A model generated the notes under the pieces. It saw nothing but the letters and a program-made list of their open reading frames with translations. It did no database searches and was not told the DNA's origin. The position numbers and the translations under genes were made by a program. A stretch of 63,434 nt of DNA, the filler included, from Kipferlia bialata (Eukaryota): assembly GCA_003568945.1 (NCBI GenBank). It is 7 parts of 7 records of this genome, joined end to end, with 100 filler letters (N's around TTAATTAATTAA, not from the genome) between each part and the next. Parts side by side here need not be neighbours in the genome. Positions count along the whole stretch, not along the records: positions 1 to 13,836 come from BDIP01000889.1; positions 13,937 to 27,769 come from BDIP01000890.1; 5 more parts are not named here. The stretch is one strand, 5' to 3'. Below, one piece after another: positions 12,922-23,648 of the stretch; positions within the stretch are counted from its first letter, which is position 1, and each line of letters opens with the position of its first letter.

Positions 12922-13777
12922 TCTAGGCCATGAAGGAGGCCCAGGCTGCCCAGATGGCCATGGCACAGGGACAGCCAGAGCAGGTACATTCATATATATA
13001 TATATATTAGTAAATATACACATATATATTTATTAGTGTGTTATATATATAGTGTGTGTTTGCCCAGATGGCCATGGCACAGGGACAGCCAGAGCAGGTG
13101 GTTTACACTATTTATATGTATATATACATACAAATAGTATATACTTCTATTGTATATATATATATCTAAATACTGACCCCAGCCCAAGAAGGAGTCCAAG
13201 AAGGAGCCGGATGATGCAGCCAAGTACACGGAGGACAGGTAGGGATATATGTATTGGTGTTGGTGCATACCCAGATATGTAGAGTCCACGTGTATTCTCA
13301 CGCTGAGGATTCACCAGCAGGTGCAGAATATGGTTGTCTATATCTAGTATCTCTCTCTATAGTGAAGTCTATATATCTGTAGTATATATCTTTATAAAAT
13401 GTATTGTTACTTCTTATGTGTAGGATGCACCACCAGGTGCAGAAGATGGTTGTGTATGTCAAGTATATGTCTCTATAGTATAAGTCTATATATATGTAGT
13501 ATATATGTCTATAATGTGTATTGTGTTCTCTTATATCTAGGATGCACCAGCAGGTGCAGAAGATGGTTGTCTAGTGCATACATCTCTCTATATTATATAT
13601 ATACATACTACTACTAACTCTATGAGTGTATTATTACTTCTTATATCTAGGATGCACCAGCAGGTGCAGAAGATGGTTGTGTATGGCCTGAGGCACCTGA
13701 TGAGGGATGGAAGGGTGTCCGATGACCTCATCGACCAGTCCTACCTGCAGACCAAGCTGGGCAAGCACATCTTCAAG
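8183..13777 (+). CDS. Q/P-rich low-complexity protein with many short exons and a possible C-terminal SRI-like domain, partial
   Basis: Exons PVDEATLLAAEREAALKKQQFEM|NMARLKQSEMMPQYQQ|...|VNHMGSALKAGLLAGSMQEGESDQ|DRLLRERASLEDYKMRFLKRVTKQKEKEK|...|MHQQVQKMVVYGLRHLMRDGRVSDDLIDQSYLQTKLGKHIFK. Truncated at the scaffold end. Confidence 0.6.
8642..8817 (+). repeat. Near-identical 88-bp tandem unit (73-nt intron + 15-nt in-frame microexon), 2 copies
   Basis: gtgagt...gcgtatctag|TACCCGCAGCCCCAG (8715-8729, YPQPQ) followed by gtgagt...gcgtatctag|AACCCGCAGCCCCAG (8803-8817, NPQPQ). Confidence 0.9.
10313..10680 (+). repeat. Donor-side exon-echo array, 4 copies
   Basis: CCCATGGC.GTGGTCAAGGAGGAGCCAGT.GT.AT.GAGGAG|gtat at ~10313, 10411, 10529 and 10636, separated by TA-rich spacers. 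Confidence 0.9.
13306..13680 (+). repeat. Acceptor-side exon-echo array, 4 copies
   Basis: ag|GATGCACCAGCAGGTGCAGAAGATGGTTGT at 13306, 13422, 13539 and 13649 (period ~110-117 nt). Only the last copy continues into the full exon. Confidence 0.9.
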
Positions 13778-13880
13778 GTATTATATACATATGTATACTA
13801 TTAGTGTACATTACTTATATTTACTCTAGAGTGTCTNNNNNNNNNNNNNNNNNNNNNNNNNNNNNNNNNNNNNNNNNNNN

Positions 13881-13892
13881 TTAATTAATTAA
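13881..13892. other. Artificial scaffold linker TTAATTAATTAA (also at 27814, 36582, 50495, 56729, 61919)
   Basis: Identical 12-mer with stops in all six frames, embedded in N padding; genes are truncated at these points. Confidence 0.95.
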
Positions 13893-13978
13893 NNNNNNNN
13901 NNNNNNNNNNNNNNNNNNNNNNNNNNNNNNNNNNNNGTTATTGTTGGCTATGTGTAAATTTATTGATATGTACGGTAG

Positions 13979-14291
13979 GGGATGTGCAGACCAACCAGAG
14001 GGCCAAGCTACATGGTATATGTATACCTACTTGTATATAGGGCTATTGTTGACTATGTATTCATTTATAGATATGACAAAATAGAGGGCAGAGCTACATG
14101 GTGAGGGTATATACAAATGTCTGTAGGGTTCCCTCAAAACATCTTTCTCTCTCTCTCTCTCCATCTCTGTCTCTGCACTATTATCTCTTTCTCTCTCTCT
14201 CTCCCCCCCGCTCTCTGTCTCCATCTTTCTTACCATTATATATACCCTAACTCCGGCCTTCATGCTGGCCTGCCGTGCCCTCAAGACATCC

Positions 14292-14330
<39 letters not shown>

Positions 14331-14550
14331 CCTAAGTGTTCTTCATTCCTAATATCAGCCTTCATGCTAGCATGCCGTGCCCTCAAGACATCCATTGGGA
14401 GTGACAGGAGAGCAAGGCGAGAGGGGGACATACAGGTATATATATATATATATATATATATGTATGGTATTCATATACTGTATATATCAAACGATGGAAT
14501 TGGGAGTGACAAGAGAGCAAGGGGGGAGGGGGACACAGCGACACAGGTAT

Positions 14551-14581
<31 letters not shown>

Positions 14582-16386
14582 GATACGGGATATATACATG
14601 GTATGTATGTATGTATATATATAGCATGGACTCCATGCCGCATGGAGTGACACAGCGACACCGGTATTTATACTCGTATATTTGTGTGTGTGTGTGTGTA
14701 TATGTATGAGTATCCACTCGTGATCGTGCTGCGTTAAAGTGTATTCTTCATGTATTGATATGCGTTTACATCCATCGTCCTCTTCTCTCTCTAATTCCCA
14801 GCCGTTTGGATCAGTCGTGTTCATTAATACATATATAGTGTGTTTATGATTGTTCTATGGGATACCAATGCTCTTCTTTCTCTGACACCCAGCCACCCAG
14901 GCCTGTCGTGTTCATATGCTCAGACAGCAAGGTATGAAAATCAATAGTATGATGATAGAAAGTGTATATTGGCAGTGAGTATAATTAACTATTACCTCTT
15001 CTCTACTCGGTATTTCTATATTTGTGTATGTGTAAACTTGTTATCTGAGATGCTCAGACAGCAAGGTATGTAAATATATATTGATATATAGATATTATGG
15101 GAATGGATATCAATATTATTGTGGGTAACTTGATATATAGTGATTAGATATGCTCAGACAGCAAGGTATCACAGCACCTCATATGTCTTCTATCTCTCTC
15201 TCTGTATATAGTTATATACACATATATACTGATATATATATATGAGTTCATATGCTCGGACAGCAAGGTAGGGACATTATGGTAAACAGTGTTTATTACA
15301 TGCATTGAGGGGAACACTAGGGATACAGTCTCTCAATACGGAACCAGGATTTACATTGTGTTAATGAGTGTACTTGTGATAGTATATTCAATTATTGTAC
15401 TATGGATAAATTCGCCCACCTCAGTACACCCTTGGTCTTGCAGGGCACTGGAAAGCAAAGGAGAACACAAAAGTAAGTGTATTCTTATTCAGTATATTAC
15501 ATGTACGTCAGTTTAGTACAATAGTAACGACCAGGACGTTGACATGCTGAGTTATGAGCTGGAGGGACTGGTATACAATCACAACGATGATTTATTATTT
15601 GAATGCTTCATTATACTGCTTCAATACAATTCTTACCCCCAGGATGTTTCCATGCTGAGATATGAGCTGGCTGGTCTGAGGAACCTGGCAACTGTGGTGC
15701 TGGTGTACACACCAGGTATACACACACATATATATATATATTGATATATATATATGTATATATGTATATGTATATATGTATAGAATAGACATATATTGTT
15801 ATACAGGAACCTGGCAACTGTGGTGCTGGTGTACACGCCAGGTGTGGTATATTCTGTACTGGTGAACTCTATATACCATAGGAGGCCAAATAGTGAGTAT
15901 TTAGTGGCAGTATAAGACTGTCTGTGTATGTAAGGTATAGTTGGCAGCAGTGGTACACACCAGGTACAGTCCATCTAGTATATTCCAACCTCCTTTCCCA
16001 CATATACATATACATGTGTGTATGTTTTGATATGTGTTGTGTGCTCCTTCCGGACTGTCACACAGCACCTACATATTAGTGTATATAGTGTGTATATATA
16101 TATAAATATTTATACATATGCCTTCCTCACCCCCAGGCCACAGCAACATAGCATATATGTATATATATGTGAGTATATATATGTATATATGCATACATCA
16201 TATACCTTCCTCACCCAAGGTCACAGCGGCTTAGCTGATGCATATGTATATATATATATAGAGAGAGAGAGAGATAGAGAGAGAGTTTTTGTATTTGTGT
16301 ATATACATTCCTCACCCCCAGGTCACAGTGGCATAGCTGAGAACGAGGAGGCAGACCAGCTGGCAGTGATGGGATCACAGTTGTAA
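13979..16386 (+). CDS. Ribonuclease H (type I fold), 5' partial, multi-exon
   Basis: Spliced motifs QTNQRA(E/K)LH|AFMLACRALKT...|PPRPVVFICSDSK|YTLGLAGHWKAKENTK|DVSMLRYELAGLRNLATVVLVYTP|GHSGIAENEEADQLAVMGSQL*. These match RNase HI motifs TNQRAEL, DS.Y and GHSG...NE.AD.LA. Confidence 0.85.
14916..15270 (+). repeat. Donor-side exon-echo array, 4 copies, in the RNase H gene
   Basis: ATGCTC(A/G)GACAGCAAG|gta at 14916, 15050, 15150 and 15252, with dissimilar AT-rich spacers. Confidence 0.9.
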
Positions 16387-16859
16387 CTAGACATTGTGTC
16401 TGAGTAGTGTTAGACACATAGACGAGAGGATGGCTCAGTTATGGACTCTTTAGAGGATATCTGCAGACCAGCTGGCAGTGATGGGGTCTCAATTTTGGAG
16501 TTTAGTTACTAGGGAAGGGAGAGGGAGAGAGTACCTCATTAATCATGAGGTTTATTCATATATGACAGCTGGCAGTGTTAGGGTTACGTGGCACCAAATC
16601 ATTGAGTTCACTGGTGTGTCATCAGTAAACATGTCTATCAATCGAATGAATGAGACAGTCCCTTTGCGGTTCCCTTCTAACTTCATGGTACAGAGCACTA
16701 GAGTCTCTATTATAGTACTCCCCTAGTACAATACCTTGACACGAGTGATCCATGTATCATTTATATATATATATACCATCTAGGCCTTGAGGACGTCATA
16801 GAATCAATTGATTGATTGGCGCCCATTGACTCCTGGTCTATGCCTTGAGCATAGGGTTG

Positions 16860-19800
16860 TCACAGCACATCTGGGACACCCTTCTGACTCTCTTGGCCTT
16901 CTGTCTCACACTTGCTGCGTTAGATATGCAGCTTGTTGGCTTGTAGATGCATATGGGGGCAGTTCCCACCCCTCCCTTTGCACCCTTTAGCACAGCGTCC
17001 AGGAGAGCAGGGAAAGGGACCTCGCTCTCTACTACATTCCTGAGGCTGCCAATCTGGGAGTGAGTATAGGGTGCTCCATCATCATATGTATGTCCTAAGT
17101 TAGGACCTTGGGTACGACACGTTGTAAGAGGAAGGCGTTGCGGTATCTAATAACACACATATATATGTGTGTACATATATAACAATATATGAAGTACACA
17201 GTATGTACCACACTCAATATGTTGTATATTCTCTATTTACAAAACCTGGTGTAGCAGGGACATACATAAATGTCTACAGGTATGAAATTCTTACAATGAA
17301 TATATATATATGTTTTCAATTTTTGTATTACAATGTATATACCAAGTAAACTACACATCTCCACACCTAGTTGTATATGTATGCCCACTATATATACATA
17401 TACATTATATACAATACCAACCTTGTGTAGCATTATGGCGTTCAGGTGAATCCCCTTAACCCTAGCTGCCACCTTGGCAGGATCATCAGAGAGACCAACC
17501 TGAGTATCATTGGGTAATGAATAACCATAAGTAATGAGTAATGAGTATAAGTTTTGCCTAGATGAGAGGCATCGTATACACATTGTTTATCATACGAACC
17601 TGAATCACTCCCTTCTGACGACAGTCTGGCTTTCTCTTGGTTCTGAAGACAACAGTGGTGCCTAGTGTTACGCATATATACATCACGAATCCCGGACAAT
17701 ATATGATTAACTTATATCTATATATACAAAATACAGAATCTGTGGCGACACCTATGCACTTTTGAAATGAGAGAAATGGGGAACTGTGACTTCTGAACAA
17801 GTGCTCCCTCTCCCTCTCCCTCTTCGGAAGAGGCTCTTCCTTTAGTATATAGGGATGTAAATACAAAACACACTTTAATACGTGTCATAAGACTAGGTCT
17901 TACCCGTAACAGGTACATGTGTAGAACAGTAATATATATAGTATAATACATATGTATATATATATGTATATGTAGTGCGCAGTACCTGTGACAGCCTCGA
18001 CATGCACATGTGCTTCTCCCTTTCCCTCTGCTGTGCTGAGTAGATGCGTATATAGTATATCCTATATATACATATATATATACTACTATGGGTTGTACCT
18101 GTCACTCCCTGTGATGCATCTGCCTCTCCCTCTCCCTCTGCTATGTGCAGTAGGTGTGTGTACAGGGGGTCCTTCTTGGAGAGATTCCCCCACATCACAA
18201 CCAGGTCGGGCTCGTTCTTGGTTCCCAGGCCTAGTGTCAAATAGGTATAAGAGAATCAACAACACACAGATATTATACTATGTATAAGCATTATATACAT
18301 ACCATAGAGTAAAATGCTATATTGATGCTTCAATGACTGGTTCTGTTAATGAGATAGAGGTCCCTCCATCTTGTGATATTGATATAAACTACTCAAAACT
18401 ATATATACAATGTAATGCTACAGACAATTACGATTATAGAGGTTACACACCTGGCATCAATGGGTAGTCCTGCTCGACAGCGAGAGAGGTATCATCCACT
18501 CCAGTGACACTACCCTCAGGATTGAGGGGTGGAGAGGCAGGGCTGCTCTTGTCACCCCCTGTAGCGCCCTCAGCATTGTTTCCCTTAGGATTGATTATGC
18601 CAGCATTGATTCCCTCAGCATTCAGGGATGCAGCATCTGCGTCAGAGGCAGAGCACTTGGCAAGAGCGTCTCTGGTCACGTGACAGAGCACCTGCTCTGC
18701 TTCCTAGGGTCAGCGTAGAGGATCACACACTGACAGAATCACTAACGATATTGGTATCAATATGACCACAAAACCCTCCAGATTGCCAATATAGATAAGT
18801 GTACATCTGACAATATGCGGTATATACACAATATACATATATCTATATACATATATATATATATCATTGTGCGTGTCAGAGACCACACTGGAATATGGCA
18901 GCAGATGAGGATATAATTCATGTATGTTTGTATATACATCATCACATTGTGTATGTAATGTACGACATGATACCTCTCTGTGGGTGTCAGATACCACACT
19001 GGCATAGGGCTGCAGATGGATGGCAGGGTGGGCATCAGCAACAGTACTAGGAGTCAAACAACACGTAGTATAGAGTCTATACTAATTTGGAACTTTACAT
19101 GATCATATATATATGTAGATATGTTGGTATGGCAGGGTGGGCATCGGCAACAATGCTGGGGGTGAGACACACACGACTAAGAATATACTATGAACTTGAT
19201 AAATGCTAAGATATATATCAAAGCCATGCACACATGTATGGTATTCGTGTTTGCAGGCGGCAAGTGAATTATTAATTTGCGCAATGAGAGCATAATACTG
19301 TGGCTAGTATGTGTGCAGTAGCAGAGGCACTATCTGGCACCTGAGCATATTCACAAGCCTCTCCACATTCTTAGAAGTCTTGCAGGTGACAACACAGGCG
19401 TGTATGTGACCATCCGTGTCGTCAGCTGCTAGCTGTACATCCTTGATGTTATATAAGAATGAATACAGTATATAGTATAGAGCATATAGTATACAGTACT
19501 ATTACACTACATTCAAACACATGCATCCCTATGATGTTTCAATATACACTTATATATTACATATAATACCTGTATCTCCAGGATCTTCCTCTTGACCCAG
19601 AAGGAGTTGCCAATCAGTCTCTGCTTGGTCTAAGGTGAGGGATTATATGTAGAATAGTATTGTATACACACACACGTCTATAGATATACATATGTATAGA
19701 TTAGAATTGTGTAATAGACCATATACCCATCACTATACCATATATGTGCCTCATTGACTGTCTCTTCCTCAATAGTATGTATAATACTGAAATGGAATGG

Positions 19801-21600
19801 TATATCAGTATAGATAGAACTTTCCATCCAAATCCACACCTGTGCCTAATCGACTGTATAGACACTCTAGTGTTGGTATAATATCATGCATATTACAGCT
19901 CATTATGGTGACATATACAGTACTTGTTCCTCATCTGCTGTCTCCCCCTTCTCGGCCATATGTATAATACTATAATGAAAATAGTATCATTCTAAATAGA
20001 ACTGTGTGTATAGTATACTCAGTTTATTACCGTACCTGTTCCTCATCCACTGTCCCCCCCTTCTCCACCCTCCTCTCAATATCCCTGAGGATGGCGGTGC
20101 GAAGAACCCTCCTAATGGTACCCTTGGCTCTGGAGGCTGAGTGTTAGACACTACGAGACATATATATGTATATATTCATATACAAGAGTATGGAATATCT
20201 CTGAGAATGGCAGTGCGGGATATATATATATATATACCCTCTTGAGGGCACCCTTGGCAGTTGATGCTAAAGGTTAGATCCAATGAGACACATATATACA
20301 TATGTATTCTGATATAGTAGTATAGTTCACTATATCAGAATGATTCTGCGGAGCACCCTCTTGAGGGCACCCTTGGCTCTGGAGGCTTAGTGTTAGACAC
20401 TACGAGACATATATGTATATAATCATACATATAAGATATAATATAATAGTATTATATACTATCAGAATGATTCTGCGGAGTACCCTCTTATGGGCACCCT
20501 TGGCAGTTGATGCTGATTGTAACTATTATGACACAATGATATACAACAATAGAACTGTGAATACCAAGAGAATGGAGATAGTAGTACCATATCCTTCTTG
20601 ATATTATACCTTGAAACTATAATATAGTGACTATATAGTACAAAAATACATTCTAATACTCATATGCTTCTAGACCTTCTAGTACCTTCTAGTACCTTCG
20701 CACTCTATGCCACCCCACATGACCAGTCTATACATGAGTATATATAAGTATATATTGATATTGCATGTATATACATATATGTGTACATGTAATATATAGC
20801 ATATCTGCAGACCTGAGCACTCTATGCCACCCCACATGACCAGTCTAGTGTCACAGACAGGGTCCCCAGCCTAACGATTAGTGTACTTACACATCTATAA
20901 CCTATCTATATGTATACAAATGGTGTGGATATGTGTACCCTATTGTCACAGACAGGGTCACTTGCCTAAAGATTAGGATGTATATGAAATATTTCTATAT
21001 AGTATATGCCGTGTACATATGGTACAAAGCATTAGTTATGGGTACATATATGGGTGAATAGTAAAGTTCAAAGTAAGTTGTGCATATTGATATATACATA
21101 GCACAGATATATATATATAAATATGGAAATGTATATATCTGTGTATATACCTTAGTGTCACAGACAGGGTCACTTGGAGTCTCCACTGAGGGAGAGAGAG
21201 CGTCAGACTCTGAACCGGAGCTTTCACTCTTTTGGACACATACTCTCTCTCTCAGTGTGTGTGTCTCTTCAGGTGTTACACTTGGCACTAGCTGTGATGC
21301 AGAGATGGATGGGAGGGCCATGGCCCAGCCCAGAGTGTCTTCCACCCTGCAGGGAGGTATGTCTTTCTCTAAATACATATAGTAATAGTGTGTATATATA
21401 TATGAGTGTTGTATATATACACCACATAGGTATATACAATATGTATAGGTATGCTATACAATAAATATATATATATATATGGATATATACACTCATAGTA
21501 TTATTATGACTACGTACCTGTGCACTGTGCCCCCAACTGTGTATGTACACACTGCGTCCTTGAGGTGGAGGAGTAAGTCGGTGAAGGTGGCCACTGTGCC
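16860..21600 (-). CDS. Hypothetical multi-exon protein; 3' end uncertain; may continue the TM2 gene across the gap
   Basis: GT-AG exons such as GTVATFTDLLLHLKDAVC, LVMWGGIEC, TKQRLIGNSFWVKRKILEIQ, DVQLAADDTDGHIHACVVTCKTSKNVERLVNML, GLGTKNEPDLVVMWGNLSKKDP and VGLSDDPAKVAARVKGIHLNAIMLHK. Confidence 0.5.
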
Positions 21601-21722
21601 TGCATTAGTATGAGTAGTATGATATAGATATGTATAATGAGAGAGAGAGAGATATGGTTGAGGAGGTCGGTGAAGGTGGCCACAGTGCATCTATATGAGG
21701 AGCATATATAGACAAAAGCGAA

Positions 21723-21755
<33 letters not shown>

Positions 21756-21829
21756 GATACAGTGCTGGATTAGATGACATCAACATACATGCATAAAGAG
21801 AGAGAGGGGTGCTGGTTCCTATTGAATGA

Positions 21830-21862
<33 letters not shown>

Positions 21863-22528
21863 AGAAGGAACTTAANNNNNNNNNNNNNNNNNNNNNNNNN
21901 NNNNNNNNNNNNNNNNNNNNNNNNNNNNNNNNNNNNNNNNNNNNNNNNNNNNNNNNNNNNNNNNNNNNNNNNNNNNNNNNNNNNNNNNNNNNNNNNNNNN
22001 NNNNNNNNNNNNNNNNNNNNNNNNNNNNNNNNNNNNNNNNNNNNNNNNNNNNNNNNNNNNNNNNNNNNNNNNNNNNNNNNNNNNNNNNNNNNNNNNNNNN
22101 NNNNNNNNNNNNNNNNNNNNNNNNNNNNNNNNNNNNNNNNNNNNNNNNNNNNNNNNNNNNNNNNNNNNNNNNNNNNNNNNNNNNNNNNNNNNNNNNNNNN
22201 NNNNNNNNNNNNNNNNNNNNNNNNNNNNNNNNNNNNNNNNNNNNNNNNNNNNNNNNNNNNNNNNNNNNNNNNNNNNNNNNNNNNNNNNNNNNNNNNNNNN
22301 NNNNNNNNNNNNNNNNNNNNNNNNNNNNNNNNNNNNNNNNNNNNNNNNNNNNNNNNNNNNNNNNNNNNNNNNNNNNNNNNNNNNNNNNNNNNNNNNNNNN
22401 NNNNNNNNNNNNNNNNNNNNNNNNNNNNNNNNNNNNNNNNNNNNNNNNNNNNNNNNNNNNNNNNGGTGGGGGAGGAGGGGGGGGGGGGGGGGGGGGGGGA
22501 AGTGGAGATGAGTAGAGTGGGTAGGTAC

Positions 22529-23090
22529 CTCCGACTGTCTCCATGAGTGCCCAGTACCACCAGAAGACAGGCAGTACTAGGGGTGAGGGGCACACAAGAG
22601 TAGTGACATATATAGGGGAGAGGGTGGTTCAAAGTACGGAAGAGTCAATACACAATAGCCAATGAATTGGATACATATATAGACCTAGTACCTAGGTTCA
22701 GTACCGTTGGCATGCACACGAGACAGGCCAGGAGAGCGCCTGTCCTTGGGTACCCTAGATACCACTGGGTTAGTGCAGATAGAGACTCTGAAGACAGGAA
22801 GAGAAACGTTGTGCAAGAGACATAGAATTCAGCTCATGATCTTCGGGCAAAGTGGGTTAACATACCCTATGTGCTGCTACATAGCCTAGTACGAGCCAGA
22901 GACAATATGCCTGGGGGTGAGAAGAGCAGAGCAGCTGGAATAGAAGCTGGGCTAAATATAGCATGTACGTTGACAACGTCTCACATCAAGCAAGAGGTTG
23001 ACACCCACGTACCACACATAGACTCTTCTCTTCCCTCACACGCCGTCGAGGCCTGTGTGGGTGGTTGATGGAGGTATATGATGTGTCCAT
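22529..23090 (-). CDS. TM2-domain membrane protein, 4 exons visible, 3' partial
   Basis: Spliced MDTSYTSINHPHRPRRRVREEKSLCV|AYCLWLVLGYVAAHR|WYLGYPRTGALLACLVCMPTVLNL|VLPVFWWYWALMETVG matches the TM2 consensus KS..VAY.LW..LG..G.HRFYLG. Confidence 0.8.
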
Positions 23091-23648
23091 CCAGTGAGAA
23101 TAGCGGTGCAGTATTGTTGCGATAGGTCAAGCAATTCACGAACGATGGATTCTAGCTTCACCTGTGAACCAGTCAATTGACCACGGTGACTCAGGTTAAC
23201 CGTGACAAGATGTAAGACGCACCCAATAGAGGTGGTACTCTAGATCAGGGTAAATCAGCCTGGTGTCGGTGGCTTCCGCTTTTCCCTGGTGGTAAAATTG
23301 ACATATCAGTTATTGGTGAAGATCTAGAATTCCTTACATACCTTGCCACTTAGTCAAGTGTCCACTACCAGCCATGGAGAAACCAAGGAGGAGCGACATG
23401 GATACACCATGGGACCGAATGTGTCAACTATCTCTCCCCCCCACCCTCCCTTCCCCAACAGTACCGCATGATAGTCACTATAGCATAGGAATGCAGATGT
23501 GTGTGAGCAGCTCAACTTGAGCTTTGGCTGAGTTTTTGCCATTATTATTCAAAAAGGGGCTAGTGACTCCAGCTCTCGAGCAGACTGGTGTTTAGTAGTG
23601 TCTATCTTGTGTTTTGAGAGGCCTTATCGGTCTTAGCACACACCTGTC

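Noticed and set aside
8711..13804. Numerous short ORFs rich in Y/I/C or S/L from the six-frame track
   Set aside because: Translations of (TA)n, (TG)n and (CT)n intron microsatellites, not genes.
13838..13936. Recurrent palindrome TTAATTAATTAA
   Set aside because: Artificial six-frame-stop linker inside N padding; adjacency of genes across it has no biological meaning.
13306..15270. CRISPR-like repeat-spacer arrays (~20-32 nt repeats, regular spacing)
   Set aside because: The repeats are copies of exon ends with splice sites, spacers are ~80-115 nt AT-rich intron sequence that is often mutually related, no cas genes are present, and the context is eukaryotic.
13979..16386. RNase H as part of a retrotransposon
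   Set aside because: It is split by several spliceosomal introns and has its own stop, with no RT, integrase or LTR nearby; a host gene is more likely.
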